In this document: in pieces, positions 1 through 9,455 of the stretch
Layout: each line of letters begins with the position of its first letter
Numbering within the stretch: the first letter of the stretch is position 1
Source of the DNA: an uncultured Gammaproteobacteria bacterium
GTDB taxonomy: Bacteria > Pseudomonadota > Gammaproteobacteria > Steroidobacterales > Steroidobacteraceae
Direction of reading: 5' to 3'
DNA: 64,000 bases
Assembly: GCA_963706755.1 (NCBI GenBank)
Contig: CAVPNH010000002.1
Coordinates: forward strand, 21,660 to 85,659
Translations under genes and position numbers: made by a program
The notes under the pieces: generated by a model
Seen by the model: the letters and a program-made list of their open reading frames with translations, nothing else
The model's database searches: none
Told to the model about the DNA's origin: nothing

Positions 1-2059
1 GCGGGCCGTTGCTGGCGAAGCTGCGACCTTCCTTGAGCGCGGCGCGCGCGGCCTCGGGGTCGAGCTTGCCGCCCGTGTCCAGGAACACGCGATTCAATCC
101 CACCGGGCCGCGGAGCGAGGCGTAGTTCGCCATGGCGTCCGTGCCGGCGCCGGCAGGCAGCTTGAAGCCGAGGTTGAGCAGGCGGTACCACACCTCCGCC
201 GTTGCCCTGTGGTCCGAGAACGCGACGATCTCGAGATAGTCGACCTTGCCCGCGATCACGTCCGCCGGCAGCTCGTGGCTCAGCGATTTTTCCTTCTCCG
301 GCACCACCGGGAAATCGAACGGGTGCACGTAGCCCACGAGCCCACCCTGCTGGTGGGCGAGGTCCGCGATTACGCCGTTGTAAGGATAGGGGCTCGCCAT
401 CGCCGTGTGCCTGTAGGCCGCGAAGTCCGGCGTGATCAGGTGATCGGAGAGGTACAGCAGCCCGAGGTGCCCCCAGAAGCTGGTGTGGAATTCCTGCGCC
501 TGCATGATGACGACGTTGTCCCTGCTCGCAGGGTCCTTGCCCGGTCGGAACCGGGCGACGTCCGGCACGCGCTCTTCCTTGTTCACTATGACGTTGTAGA
601 CGAGGTTCAGGTCCTCGGCCTCGGCCTGCGCGGCCAAGTGCTCCGGCGTGTTGCGGTACTGGCCGCCATAGTTCATGTGCACGTGCAGGTCGGCACTGAC
701 GAAGCGCCCGAATTCCGGCGGCAGGTCCTGCCGCGCCAGTTCCGCGCGCAGGCTCACATCGCGTCCCGCCTCGAGCTTGACGGCGACCGCCCACGGAATC
801 GTCGCGAATCCATGCTGGACCATGACGGTCGCCGCTCCGACCGGCACCTCCAGGACACAGGGCGGTGAGCAGTGGAAGTAATGCGTCTCCTGGGTTTGCC
901 GGCTGCGGTCGAATCCATCGTCGCCGTGCATCCAGGCATCGCGCGGCGCATAGGCGCGCCCGTCGCTCGCGAGCACCGACACCCGCGCCGGCGTGCGCTG
1001 GCCCGCGGCATCGACGATGTCGAGGGTGAGCTTCGCGCGCGGCATCATGTAGCGCCGCTCCGACGCGACGATTTCGCGCCGCGCGCCGCCGATGACGTCC
1101 TGGACCACCAGCGACGTGCTGCCGTGCTCGTTGCTGACATAGAGCACGCGCGCACCGTCTGGCGACCACCGTGCGTTGCGGTTGTCGTAGTCGCCGAAAG
1201 TCAGCGGCAGCGGCGCCGCGCCGTCCACGGTGGTGAGCCACAGCTGGTGCCACTGCCGGCCGTGGTAGCTGCTGTAGAGCAACCTCGAGCCGGACGGCGC
1301 CGCTTCCGGGTGCGCGCTCCAGGTCGTCTCCTCGCGGAGGACCACCCGCCGGTCGGCCGGATTCGCGACCGGCACGGCCCAGAGGTCACCCGAGCCCCAT
1401 GCAACCTCGGCATTGCTCACGAAGTAGATCGTCGACCCGTCCGGCGACCAGGAGGGATTCACCGCATGGTCGACGGCCGAGTAGTAATAGCGATCAATGT
1501 CGCTGCGACGCTCGCCCAGCAGCGGCTTCGCGCCATGCAGGCCGGCGGCGTCGATGTCGGCGACGAAGAGATTGAAGTGCCCGGTGCCGCGGGTCGAGAC
1601 CCAGGCGAGCCTGCGACCGTCCGGCGAGAGCCGCGGCTCGACGTTGACGTCTCCGCCGGTCGTAAGCCTGCTTTCCTGCCCGCTCTCGAGGTCGCGGCGC
1701 CACAATTCGACCGCGGCACCGTCGTAGCGGGCGAAGACCACGAAGCGTCCGTCGCGCGACACGTCGGGCTGGTAGTCGTACGCGCCCTTCGCGTGCGTGA
1801 TCTCGACGGCTTCCGTCGAATCGATCGCCTGCCGCCAGAGCGATCCTTCCATGCTGTACACGAGCGCCTTGCCATCCGGCGTGAAACTCGCCGCCGACGG
1901 CCCGGCCGTGAGCTGCGGCAGGTACAGCTCCCGCCAGTAATAGTTATGCGGCAGGTCCACCTGCTTCAGCACGGCCTCGCGATCGGCGCGGGCCTCGCCA
2001 CCCACGGCAAGGCCCGCCACCATCGCGAGCGCCGTAACTGCGAGCGCCGGACGCCTCAA
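1..2059 (-). CDS. Secreted TolB-like beta-propeller protein fused to a PHP/CehA-type metal-dependent hydrolase domain (3' end beyond left edge)
   Basis: Continuous minus-strand frame from TTG 2059 (alt. ATG 2023) to the window edge. It is absent from the ORF track only because no stop lies in the window. Own translation starts MRRPALAVTALAMVAGLAVGGEARA (signal peptide). Repeated propeller-blade motifs follow (FTPDGKALVY, VSRDGRFVVF, LSPDGRRLAW, WSPDGSTIYF, WSPDGARVLY), then an ADLHVHMNYGG... hydrolase-like C-terminal half. The TTG start overlaps the upstream stop (TTGA). Confidence 0.8.
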   Translation of the reverse strand, partial: MRRPALAVTALAMVAGLAVGGEARADREAVLKQVDLPHNYYWRELYLPQLTAGPSAASFTPDGKALVYSMEGSLWRQAIDSTEAVEITHAKGAYDYQPDVSRDGRFVVFARYDGAAVELWRRDLESGQESRLTTGGDVNVEPRLSPDGRRLAWVSTRGTGHFNLFVADIDAAGLHGAKPLLGERRSDIDRYYYSAVDHAVNPSWSPDGSTIYFVSNAEVAWGSGDLWAVPVANPADRRVVLREETTWSAHPEAAPSGSRLLYSSYHGRQWHQLWLTTVDGAAPLPLTFGDYDNRNARWSPDGARVLYVSNEHGSTSLVVQDVIGGARREIVASERRYMMPRAKLTLDIVDAAGQRTPARVSVLASDGRAYAPRDAWMHGDDGFDRSRQTQETHYFHCSPPCVLEVPVGAATVMVQHGFATIPWAVAVKLEAGRDVSLRAELARQDLPPEFGRFVSADLHVHMNYGGQYRNTPEHLAAQAEAEDLNLVYNVIVNKEERVPDVARFRPGKDPASRDNVVIMQAQEFHTSFWGHLGLLYLSDHLITPDFAAYRHTAMASPYPYNGVIADLAHQQGGLVGYVHPFDFPVVPEKEKSLSHELPADVIAGKVDYLEIVAFSDHRATAEVWYRLLNLGFKLPAGAGTDAMANYASLRGPVGLNRVFLDTGGKLDPEAARAALKEGRSFASNGP

Positions 2060-3384
2060 GCCTTGCGCCCCGCGAGCGCTTCGTCGAGGCTCTTGCGCAG
2101 CAGCTGCACGGCCTCGTCGATCTCCGCCGCGGTCACGCAGAGCGGCGGCATGAAGCGCAGCGTGCTCACGCCGCAGGAGAGCAGGATCAGCCCGTTGTGG
2201 TAGCCGCGGGTGACGAGCGCATCGCACAGCGCCCGTGCCGGCGCACGCTCGGGACCCGGCTCGATCAACTCCATTCCAATCATCAGCCCCTGGCCGCGGA
2301 CCTCGCCGATGCACGCGTAGTCGCGCGCCAGCTCGCGCAGCCGGCTCGTGAAGTGCTCGCCCATGCGCGCGGCGTTCGCCATGTACTCGCGCTTCACGAG
2401 GTCGATGGTCGCGATCGCGGCGGCACAGCTGAGCGGGTTGCCGCCATAGGTATTGCCGTGCGCACCCCTCCCCCACTTCTCCATGATCGAGCGCTTCGCA
2501 ATCACCGCGCCGATCGGCAGCCCTGACCCGAGGCCCTTGGCGCTGGTCACGATGTCGGGGCGCACGCCCCAGTGCTCGATGGCGAACATGCGGCCAGTGC
2601 GGCCGATGCCCGACTGCACCTCGTCGCAGATCAGCAGGATTCCGTGTTCGTCGCAGAGCGCGCGCAGGCCCGCCAGGAAGCCGGCGGGCGGGACGAGGTA
2701 GCCGCCCTCGCCCTGCAGCGGCTCGACCAGGATCGCCGCGACCTCGGACGGCGGCACGTTGCGTTCGAAGAGCATGCGGATGTAGTCGAGCACCGCCTTG
2801 CCCTGGTCCGAGCCCGCGAGCAGCGGCCGGTAGGTGTTCGGGTACGGCACGTGCGTGACGCCCGGCATCGTGGGCGCGAAGCCTTTCTGCTGGGTGACCT
2901 TGCTCGAGGTGAAGGACAGCGACCCCATGGTCCGGCCGTGAAAACTGCCCAGGAAGCCGATGAATCTCGGCCGGCCCGTCACGTAGCGCGCGAGCTTGAT
3001 CGCTCCCTCGACCGCCTCGGTTCCCGACTGGCCGAGAAAGCTCATGACCGGCTCGCCCATCGGCGCGATTTCCGCGAGGCGCTCGTTCACCGTCGTAAAA
3101 TTCTCGTGCCAGTAGTCGCTCGAGATGTGCAGGAACTTGTCCGCCGCGCTCTTTACCGCCGCGACGACCTCCGGGTGTGCGTGCCCCGTGGCGCACACCG
3201 CGATGCCCGCGGCGAAGTCGAGGAACCGATTGCCGTCCACGTCCCACACTTCCGTGCCGCGACCGTGCGACATCACGAAGGGGTAGTCGCGCGGGTACGA
3301 AGGCGAGGCGACGACCCGGTCGCGCTCGAGCAGTGCGCGAGCCTTGGGGCCCGGAAGCTCGGTCTTGATGTGCTGGTTGCTCAC
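2056..3384 (-). CDS. Class-III PLP aminotransferase, 4-aminobutyrate aminotransferase-like
   Basis: C-terminal 442 aa of ORF 2056..3972. GTG at 3384 is preceded by AAGGAGA. N-terminus is VSNQHIKTELPGPKA, with GIAVCATGHAHPEV and a PLP-lysine context DIVTSAKGLGSG. Confidence 0.85.
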   Translation of the reverse strand: MSNQHIKTELPGPKARALLERDRVVASPSYPRDYPFVMSHGRGTEVWDVDGNRFLDFAAGIAVCATGHAHPEVVAAVKSAADKFLHISSDYWHENFTTVNERLAEIAPMGEPVMSFLGQSGTEAVEGAIKLARYVTGRPRFIGFLGSFHGRTMGSLSFTSSKVTQQKGFAPTMPGVTHVPYPNTYRPLLAGSDQGKAVLDYIRMLFERNVPPSEVAAILVEPLQGEGGYLVPPAGFLAGLRALCDEHGILLICDEVQSGIGRTGRMFAIEHWGVRPDIVTSAKGLGSGLPIGAVIAKRSIMEKWGRGAHGNTYGGNPLSCAAAIATIDLVKREYMANAARMGEHFTSRLRELARDYACIGEVRGQGLMIGMELIEPGPERAPARALCDALVTRGYHNGLILLSCGVSTLRFMPPLCVTAAEIDEAVQLLRKSLDEALAGRKA

Positions 3385-3413
3385 GATTGTCTCCTTCGAT
3401 TGAATTCTGTAGC

Positions 3414-4199
3414 TCACGCCGGGAGGTGCACGGGTCGGGCGTGCGCCGCGCGCGTGCGGGCGTGCAGTTCGCGCAGGGTAGCGAGTTCCGCGGCAGAGGG
3501 CGCCTCGATCCTGCCGACCTCGGCCGCGATGCCGAGCGGCCAGCCGACCGCCGCCCGGGCCTCCTCGACGGTTGCGTCCGGGAAGAGCGCACTGAGCTGG
3601 AGCTCGCGGCTTTGCGGATCCGGCGCGAGGACCCCGAAATCGGTGATCACCGAGACGGGGCCCGCGCCCGTGGCGCCGGAGAGTTCGCGGGAGTCGCCCC
3701 CCTCGAGGAATCCGGCGCTGGTCCTGAAGTCGAGCCGCTCGACGAAGCTGCGCCTGGTTGCCTTCAGCATCACGAAGGTGCTGCGCGCGTGGGCCGCGAT
3801 CTCGGTCGCTCCTCCCGCCCCGGGCAGCCGCGTCGCCGGCGCGTCGTAGTCGCCGATGACCGTGCTGTTCAGGTTGCCGTAGCGGTCGATCTGCGCCGCC
3901 CCGAGGAAGCCGACGTCGACCCTGCCGGCCTGCAGGTAGTAGCTGAAGATCTCCGGCAGCGGCACGACGCAACTCGCCGTCTCCGCGAGTTCACCGTCGC
4001 CGATCGAGAGCGGCAGCACGTCGGGGCGGGTGCCGATGGTGCCTGACTCGTAGATGAGCACGATGCCCGGTGCGTGAGTGAGCCGCGCCAGGTTGCAGGC
4101 CGCGCTCGGCTGTCCGATCCCCACGAAGCACACGCAGCGGTCCCAGAGCAGCCGCGCCGCGGCCACGGTCATCATCTCGTCGCGCGTGTAGCCGCTCAT
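3414..4199 (-). CDS. Family-I CoA-transferase, subunit B (glutaconate/3-oxoacid CoA-transferase-like)
   Basis: Inner ATG 4199 of ORF 3414..5525 (MSGYTRDEMMTVAAARLL...VGIGQPS...). ATGA overlap with the subunit A stop. The upstream part of the long ORF is Arg/Ala-rich out-of-context sequence. Confidence 0.8.
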   Translation of the reverse strand: MSGYTRDEMMTVAAARLLWDRCVCFVGIGQPSAACNLARLTHAPGIVLIYESGTIGTRPDVLPLSIGDGELAETASCVVPLPEIFSYYLQAGRVDVGFLGAAQIDRYGNLNSTVIGDYDAPATRLPGAGGATEIAAHARSTFVMLKATRRSFVERLDFRTSAGFLEGGDSRELSGATGAGPVSVITDFGVLAPDPQSRELQLSALFPDATVEEARAAVGWPLGIAAEVGRIEAPSAAELATLRELHARTRAAHARPVHLPA

Positions 4200-5044
4200 G
4201 CCGCGCCCTCCAGGCTCGCGAGGAACTCGCGGTGGTCGCGGCTCCCGAGTACGTGCCGCTGCATCCAGGCCTGGAAGCCCTCGCGCTCGCGGGCGATGCC
4301 GTCCCATCGCTGGTAGAAGGCGTTGTCCCGGCCGTAGTAACCCTGCGCGTATGCGGGGTAGGCCCCGCCGGGACAGTGCGCCACGGCGTGCACCACCCAG
4401 TGCGGCAGCACGATCGAGTTCATCGCCGGCGGCAGCGACTCGACGATCTCCTCCACGGTGATCACCAGCGAGCGCGCCGCGAGCGCCGCCTCGCGCTGCG
4501 CGCCCACGATACCGCTGAGCGCGACGTTGCCCTCGCGGTCCGCGCGCTGCGCGTGCAGGATCGTGACGTCGGGATTGATCGCCGGCACCGCGGCGAGCCG
4601 CTCGCCCGTGAACGGGCACTCGACGCTGCGGATCCTCGGATTGACCTCCGTGAGGTCGGTGCCGATGTAGCCGCGCAGCATCCCGAACGGAAGCCGCGCC
4701 GCCCCGGCGCAGTACGCAGCCGCCATCCCGGCGTGCGTGTGCTCGTCCAGCTCGAGCGGCGACGGCCAGCCCTTCTCGACAGCGTCGCGCAACCGGTGCA
4801 GCGAGCCCACGCCCGGATTGCCGCCCCACGAGAACGTGAGGCGGCTCGCGCACCCCATGCCGATCAACTGGTCGTAGACGAGATCCGGCGTCATGCGGAC
4901 GAGGTGCAACCTGCGCCTCGCCTGCCGGACGATCTCGTGCCCTGCCGCGAACGGGATCAGGTGCGTGAAGCCCTCGAGCGCGATGCACGCGCCGTCGGCC
5001 ACGTACTCCTCGATCGCCGCCGCCAGCGGGAGGAACTGCGTCAT
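4196..5044 (-). CDS. Family-I CoA-transferase, subunit A
   Basis: Inner ATG 5044 of ORF 4196..5740 (MTQFLPLAAAIEEYVADGACIALEGFTHLIPFAAGHE...). ATGA overlap with the upstream ALDH stop. Confidence 0.8.
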   Translation of the reverse strand: MTQFLPLAAAIEEYVADGACIALEGFTHLIPFAAGHEIVRQARRRLHLVRMTPDLVYDQLIGMGCASRLTFSWGGNPGVGSLHRLRDAVEKGWPSPLELDEHTHAGMAAAYCAGAARLPFGMLRGYIGTDLTEVNPRIRSVECPFTGERLAAVPAINPDVTILHAQRADREGNVALSGIVGAQREAALAARSLVITVEEIVESLPPAMNSIVLPHWVVHAVAHCPGGAYPAYAQGYYGRDNAFYQRWDGIAREREGFQAWMQRHVLGSRDHREFLASLEGAA

Positions 5045-6615
5045 TCGTGCTCCACGACCGTGCGCGACTGCTCGCGCAGGTACTGCGCAAGATAGTAGAA
5101 GGACGCGATCGCCTTGCCGGTGGAGCCCGACCCCTTCCAGCCGCCGAACGGCTGGTAGCCGGGCCACGCGCCCGTGGTCGCGCCCTGCGGGCGGTTGGCG
5201 TAGGTGACACCCGCCTCGATGTTCTCCTGGAACCACGGCACCTCGTCGGCTGCGCCGTAGAAGCCCGCGGTGAGGCCGAGGTCGGAATCGTTGGCGAGCG
5301 CCATGGCCTCGTCGCGATCGCGTACCCGGTGCACCGTGAGGACTGGCAGGAACATCTCGTGCTTCCACAGGCGATGGGCGAGCGGCGCTTCCGCGAGCAC
5401 CGGCTCGACGTAGTAGCCGCGCGCGAGGGCGCCTTCGCGAAGCTGCCGGCCGCCTGCGAGGAAGCGCGCGCCGCCGGCACGCAGTTCCTCGACGTAGCGC
5501 GCGTAGCTCGCATACGCCGCGGCATTCACGACGGGGCCTAGCCAGTTCTCGCGCCGCAGCGGATCGCCAATGCGGATGGCGCCGATCGCTTTCGTGAGCC
5601 GCTCGAGCAATGCGTCCGCGACTCCGGCCTCGACGTAGAGACGCGAAGCGGCCGAGCACTTCTGCCCGCCCATGCCGTAGGCCGAGCGCACGATGCCTTG
5701 CGCCGCGTGATCGAGATTGGCGCGTCCGGTAACGATGCACGGGTTCTTGCCGCCCATCTCGGCGATGCAGGGACGCGGCCAGGCGCCACCAGCCATGCGA
5801 CCCAGGATCCGCATGCCGACGGCCGCCGAACCCGTGAAGGTAATTCCTGCGGTGTGCGGATGCTCGACCAGTGCCTCGCCCGTATCGCGCCCCGGGCCCG
5901 AGAGGTAATTGAACACGCCCGCCGGAAGCCCGGCATCGCGCACGCAGTCGGCGAGCAGCCGCCCGGCCCAGGGCGTGTCACTCGCGCCCTTCGCCACCAC
6001 CGTGTTGCCAGTCACGAGCGCGGCGGCCACCGGCCCGCCCGCGAGCGCCAGCGGGAAGTTGAACGGCGCGATCACCACCCACACCCCGTGCGGCCGCATC
6101 ACGCTCCGGTTGCGTGACACCCAGCCCGTCAGCGGGTCGTTCGGCAGCACGTGCTCGTAGCCCGCGTGCGATTCGAAGTCGCCGGCATAGTGGCTGAAGA
6201 AGTCCACCGTCTCCTGTGCCTCGCCCAGCGCTTCCAGGCGGTTCTTCCCCACCTCGAGCGAGAGTGCGGCGGCGATGTCGTAGACGCGCTCCTGCATGAT
6301 CTCGCCCACTCGCCGCACGAGCCGCACGCGATCGGCGATCGGGGTCGCGCGCCACGAGGGAAAGGCGGCCCGGGCCGCCTGCATCGCACGGTCGACCTGG
6401 CTGCGGTCCGCCACGGCGAAGTGGCCGAGGTTGATGTCGAGGTCGATCGGGCTCGGGCGCGGTGCGGTCGCCGTGGCCGACACGTCGGCGCCGTCGATGT
6501 AGAGGTCGTGCCGGGCGCCCAGCCCTGAGCGGACCGCGGCGAGCGCAGCCTCGAAGCGGTCATGCATCGCCTCCGGCGAATCGAACATGGTTGCATAGGT
6601 GAGATGGAAACTCAT
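5041..6615 (-). CDS. NAD(P)-dependent aldehyde dehydrogenase (P5C/semialdehyde dehydrogenase-like)
   Basis: 524-aa ORF with ALDH catalytic motifs EMGGKNP and GGQKCSAASR. Confidence 0.9.
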   Translation of the reverse strand: MSFHLTYATMFDSPEAMHDRFEAALAAVRSGLGARHDLYIDGADVSATATAPRPSPIDLDINLGHFAVADRSQVDRAMQAARAAFPSWRATPIADRVRLVRRVGEIMQERVYDIAAALSLEVGKNRLEALGEAQETVDFFSHYAGDFESHAGYEHVLPNDPLTGWVSRNRSVMRPHGVWVVIAPFNFPLALAGGPVAAALVTGNTVVAKGASDTPWAGRLLADCVRDAGLPAGVFNYLSGPGRDTGEALVEHPHTAGITFTGSAAVGMRILGRMAGGAWPRPCIAEMGGKNPCIVTGRANLDHAAQGIVRSAYGMGGQKCSAASRLYVEAGVADALLERLTKAIGAIRIGDPLRRENWLGPVVNAAAYASYARYVEELRAGGARFLAGGRQLREGALARGYYVEPVLAEAPLAHRLWKHEMFLPVLTVHRVRDRDEAMALANDSDLGLTAGFYGAADEVPWFQENIEAGVTYANRPQGATTGAWPGYQPFGGWKGSGSTGKAIASFYYLAQYLREQSRTVVEHE

Positions 6616-6627
6616 GGTTCGGCACCG

Positions 6628-7944
6628 TCAGCTGGATGGAAAGAAACGCGCGAGCAGCCGGTCGAGGAGCGCGAGCGCGTCCGCGAGTTCCCGCTCGTCG
6701 ATGACGAGCGGCGGCGCAAGGAGGATGAGGTTGCCCCGGCTTGCGAAGGAGACGCCCTGCTCCATTGCAGCCGCGACGAGTGCTGCGAGCTGCGGCGCGC
6801 CCTGCGGCCAGGGCGCGAGCGGCTCGCGCGTCAGGCGGTCGCGCACCAACTCGACCACCGCGAACAGGCCGTGACCACCGCGCACCTCGCCGATCACCGC
6901 GTGGCGTTCGGCCATGGCGTCGAGTTCGCGCTTCATCGCCGCGCCGAGCCGCCGCGAGCGCTCGATCAATCCGTCCTCGGCATAGGCCTCGAGCGCCGCC
7001 ACGCCTGCCGCGCAGGACAGCGGGTGGCCGCAGTAGGTGAGGCCCGTGAGGAGCATCTCGTTCTCGACCGCGGCCGCGACCGACGCCGACAGCACCACGG
7101 CGCCGAGCGGCAGCGCCGCGCCGGTCAGGCCCTTGGCGAGGGTCATCATGTCGGGGCGGCCGGCCTCGCCGTGTCGCTGCCATGCGAACCACTCGCCGCA
7201 GCGTCCGAACGCGCTCATGACCTCGTCCGCGATCAGCAGCACGCCGGCGTCGCCGGCCGCACTGCGCAGTTCCGGCCAGAAATTGTCGGGTGCGACGATG
7301 CCGTTCGAACCGGCGTTCGGCTCCATGATCACGGCGGCAATGCGCTCGACGCCGAAGTGAGCGATGCGCCCGGTGACCGCGGCGGCCGCGAGCGAGCCGC
7401 ACTCCGCCGCATCGCGGCTCCCGAACGTGCAGCGATAGGCGTACGGAGGGTCGACGTGGGTCACGCCGAATGCGTCCGGGTCGATCTGCGCGCGGGTCCG
7501 CGAGTCGCCCGACAGCGCCATCGCGAGGTGGGTCGAGCCGTGGTACGAGCGGTCGCGCGCGATGACCACGCCCCGCGGCTTGCGGGTGGCCTGGCGCGCG
7601 ATCTTGACCGCGTGCTCGTTCGCGTCGGCGCCACCGAGGGTGAAGAACACGCGGCCACCCTCGAAGCCGGACAGTTCCAGCAGGCGGATGGCCAGCTCGG
7701 CGCGCGGGGCGGCGCCCCATGAGTTGGTCACGAAGCACAAGCGTTCCGCCTGGGCGCGGATCGCCGCCACGAGCTTCGGGTGCTGGTGACCGAGGTTGCT
7801 GCACTCCGCGAGGCTGCTCATGTCGAGCACCTCGCGCCCGTCTTCGAGCAGCAAGCGCGCACCCCGTCCGCCGACCACCGTCGGCGCGTCCCATTGCGAC
7901 TGGATGGACCAGCTGTGCAGGACCGATCGGCGCTCGGCGCTCAC
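6628..7944 (-). CDS. Class-III PLP aminotransferase (omega-amino acid:pyruvate type)
   Basis: ORF 6628..8046. Likely GTG start at 7944, 6 nt after GAGG. Motifs: VSAERRSVLHSW..., LGGADANEHAVK, PLP-lysine context DMMTLAKGLTG. Confidence 0.85.
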   Translation of the reverse strand: MSAERRSVLHSWSIQSQWDAPTVVGGRGARLLLEDGREVLDMSSLAECSNLGHQHPKLVAAIRAQAERLCFVTNSWGAAPRAELAIRLLELSGFEGGRVFFTLGGADANEHAVKIARQATRKPRGVVIARDRSYHGSTHLAMALSGDSRTRAQIDPDAFGVTHVDPPYAYRCTFGSRDAAECGSLAAAAVTGRIAHFGVERIAAVIMEPNAGSNGIVAPDNFWPELRSAAGDAGVLLIADEVMSAFGRCGEWFAWQRHGEAGRPDMMTLAKGLTGAALPLGAVVLSASVAAAVENEMLLTGLTYCGHPLSCAAGVAALEAYAEDGLIERSRRLGAAMKRELDAMAERHAVIGEVRGGHGLFAVVELVRDRLTREPLAPWPQGAPQLAALVAAAMEQGVSFASRGNLILLAPPLVIDERELADALALLDRLLARFFPSS

Positions 7945-8136
7945 GTGTTGCCTCGGAATTGGACGGCGACCGGGCTTTGAGATCGCCGCTCGATTAAAGG
8001 TTTGGTGCGTAATCCTACAGCCGCCCCGCACTATAGGCACCTGCAAACGGGGCCGCCGGCCCGTCGCGTGCAGCGGGCTTGTAGTGCCTGTGCGTCTGCG
8101 CGACCATTGGGCCTCACTCGACCAGGGAGAACTGCC

Positions 8137-9450
8137 ATGTGGAACCGCGTATCCCGGGCGATTGCACCGCTGTCGGCCGTCGCCGTGGCAGTTTCGGCGG
8201 GCGCTGCCGCGCCGTCCGAACCCAGGCAGGTCGTCAAGCCCCCGATCTCGCAGGCGTGGATCGACGTCGCCACCTTCTCAGGGTTCAGCATGGGCGGCGG
8301 CATGGGCCAGGGCATGATGAATGCCACGCTCGGCGCCATGATGGGCGGCGGCCAGAAGGCCAAGGCGGAATTCGGCTACACGCAGACCGGCACCGCCGGA
8401 CGCTGGATGGACGTGACGCTCTACACCAGCCGCAACCCGAACCTGCAGCAGGCGCTGCAGAGCGTGCCGGCGGCGACCGGGCTCGCGCCGACCTTGCAGC
8501 TGCAGACACCCGCCCAGCCCAAGCCCGCTCCGAGGGTCGATGACGAATCCCCGACCGACTACACGTCCGAGCCGCCCAAGGGCAAGCTCGTCATGTACTG
8601 GGGCTGCTCCGAGACGGTTCGCCCCGGCCAGCCGAAGATCGTGAACCTCGAGACCGCGACCATCGCCGAGCTGGGCAAGTTCTTCGAGTCCCGCCACGCG
8701 ACGCAGCGCGGCGCGCACGCGGCCGCGGGCCGGCCGATCTGGCCGAGCAAGGACGACAAGCGGGCGTTCCCTGCGGGTGCATCCATCGTCGGGCAGCATG
8801 CGTACACCGGGGACGGCGTGCCCGAGAGCTTCAAGTTCTCCATCCCGGCGGCGCAGGACATCATGCCGGAGTTGAAGATCAAGCAGTCGGCGCAGCCCGG
8901 CTTCGTTCAACTCGAGTGGAACGCCATCCCGACGGCGCGCGCCTACTTCCTCGGCAGCATGGGGGCGCTGCCGGGCGGAGAGAACGGCATGGTCATCTGG
9001 ACGTCGAGCGAGCTGCCGGACAGCGGTTTTGGGCTGTTCGACTACCAGACCAACTCCGCCGTGGACAAGTGGCTCAAGGAGAAGGTCCTGCTGCCGCCGA
9101 CGACCACGAAGTGCGCGGTCCCCAAGGACGCCGCCGGCCAGGGCATGCTGCGCGCGATCGCCTACGGCACCGACCTCAACATGGCCTATCCACCCCGCCC
9201 CACCGACCCGAAGATCGCCTGGGAGCCGGAGTGGAACGTGAAGCTCCGGGTGAAGTCCATGACGACGACCATGATGGGAATGCCGGAGGGGGCCGGCATG
9301 CCGGGCGCCGAGGGTGCGGACGGCGAAGGCATGACGGATGCCCCGCCTCCGGCCGAGGGCGAGACGCCGGCGCCTACGGAACCCAAGAAGAAGAAGAAAT
9401 CGTGGAACCCGCTGGAGATCCTCAAGGACGTGGTGCCGGGCGGCGGGTAA
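8137..9450 (+). CDS. Hypothetical secreted protein with Met/Gly-rich segments and a lysine run
   Basis: ATG 8137 after GGGAGA, inside ORF 8002..9450. Signal-peptide-like MWNRVSRAIAPLSAVAVAVSAGAAAP. No family recognised. Confidence 0.7.
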   Translation: MWNRVSRAIAPLSAVAVAVSAGAAAPSEPRQVVKPPISQAWIDVATFSGFSMGGGMGQGMMNATLGAMMGGGQKAKAEFGYTQTGTAGRWMDVTLYTSRNPNLQQALQSVPAATGLAPTLQLQTPAQPKPAPRVDDESPTDYTSEPPKGKLVMYWGCSETVRPGQPKIVNLETATIAELGKFFESRHATQRGAHAAAGRPIWPSKDDKRAFPAGASIVGQHAYTGDGVPESFKFSIPAAQDIMPELKIKQSAQPGFVQLEWNAIPTARAYFLGSMGALPGGENGMVIWTSSELPDSGFGLFDYQTNSAVDKWLKEKVLLPPTTTKCAVPKDAAGQGMLRAIAYGTDLNMAYPPRPTDPKIAWEPEWNVKLRVKSMTTTMMGMPEGAGMPGAEGADGEGMTDAPPPAEGETPAPTEPKKKKKSWNPLEILKDVVPGGG

Positions 9451-9455
9451 CGGCT

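Noticed and set aside
872-2203. 443-aa plus-strand ORF at the left end (and 209..868)
   Set aside because: It is antisense to the continuous minus-strand TolB-propeller/hydrolase frame, which I translated by hand. It is Arg/Val/Ala-rich with no motifs.
3385-8046. Long N-terminal extensions of track ORFs (2056..3972, 3414..5525, 4196..5740, 6628..8046). Similar cases: 16348..18222, 32124..35183, 36479..39280, 54345..56942.
   Set aside because: The upstream portions overlap the preceding gene in another frame and are Arg/Pro/Ala-rich. Internal starts with RBS-like sequences or stop-start overlaps give proteins of the normal family length.
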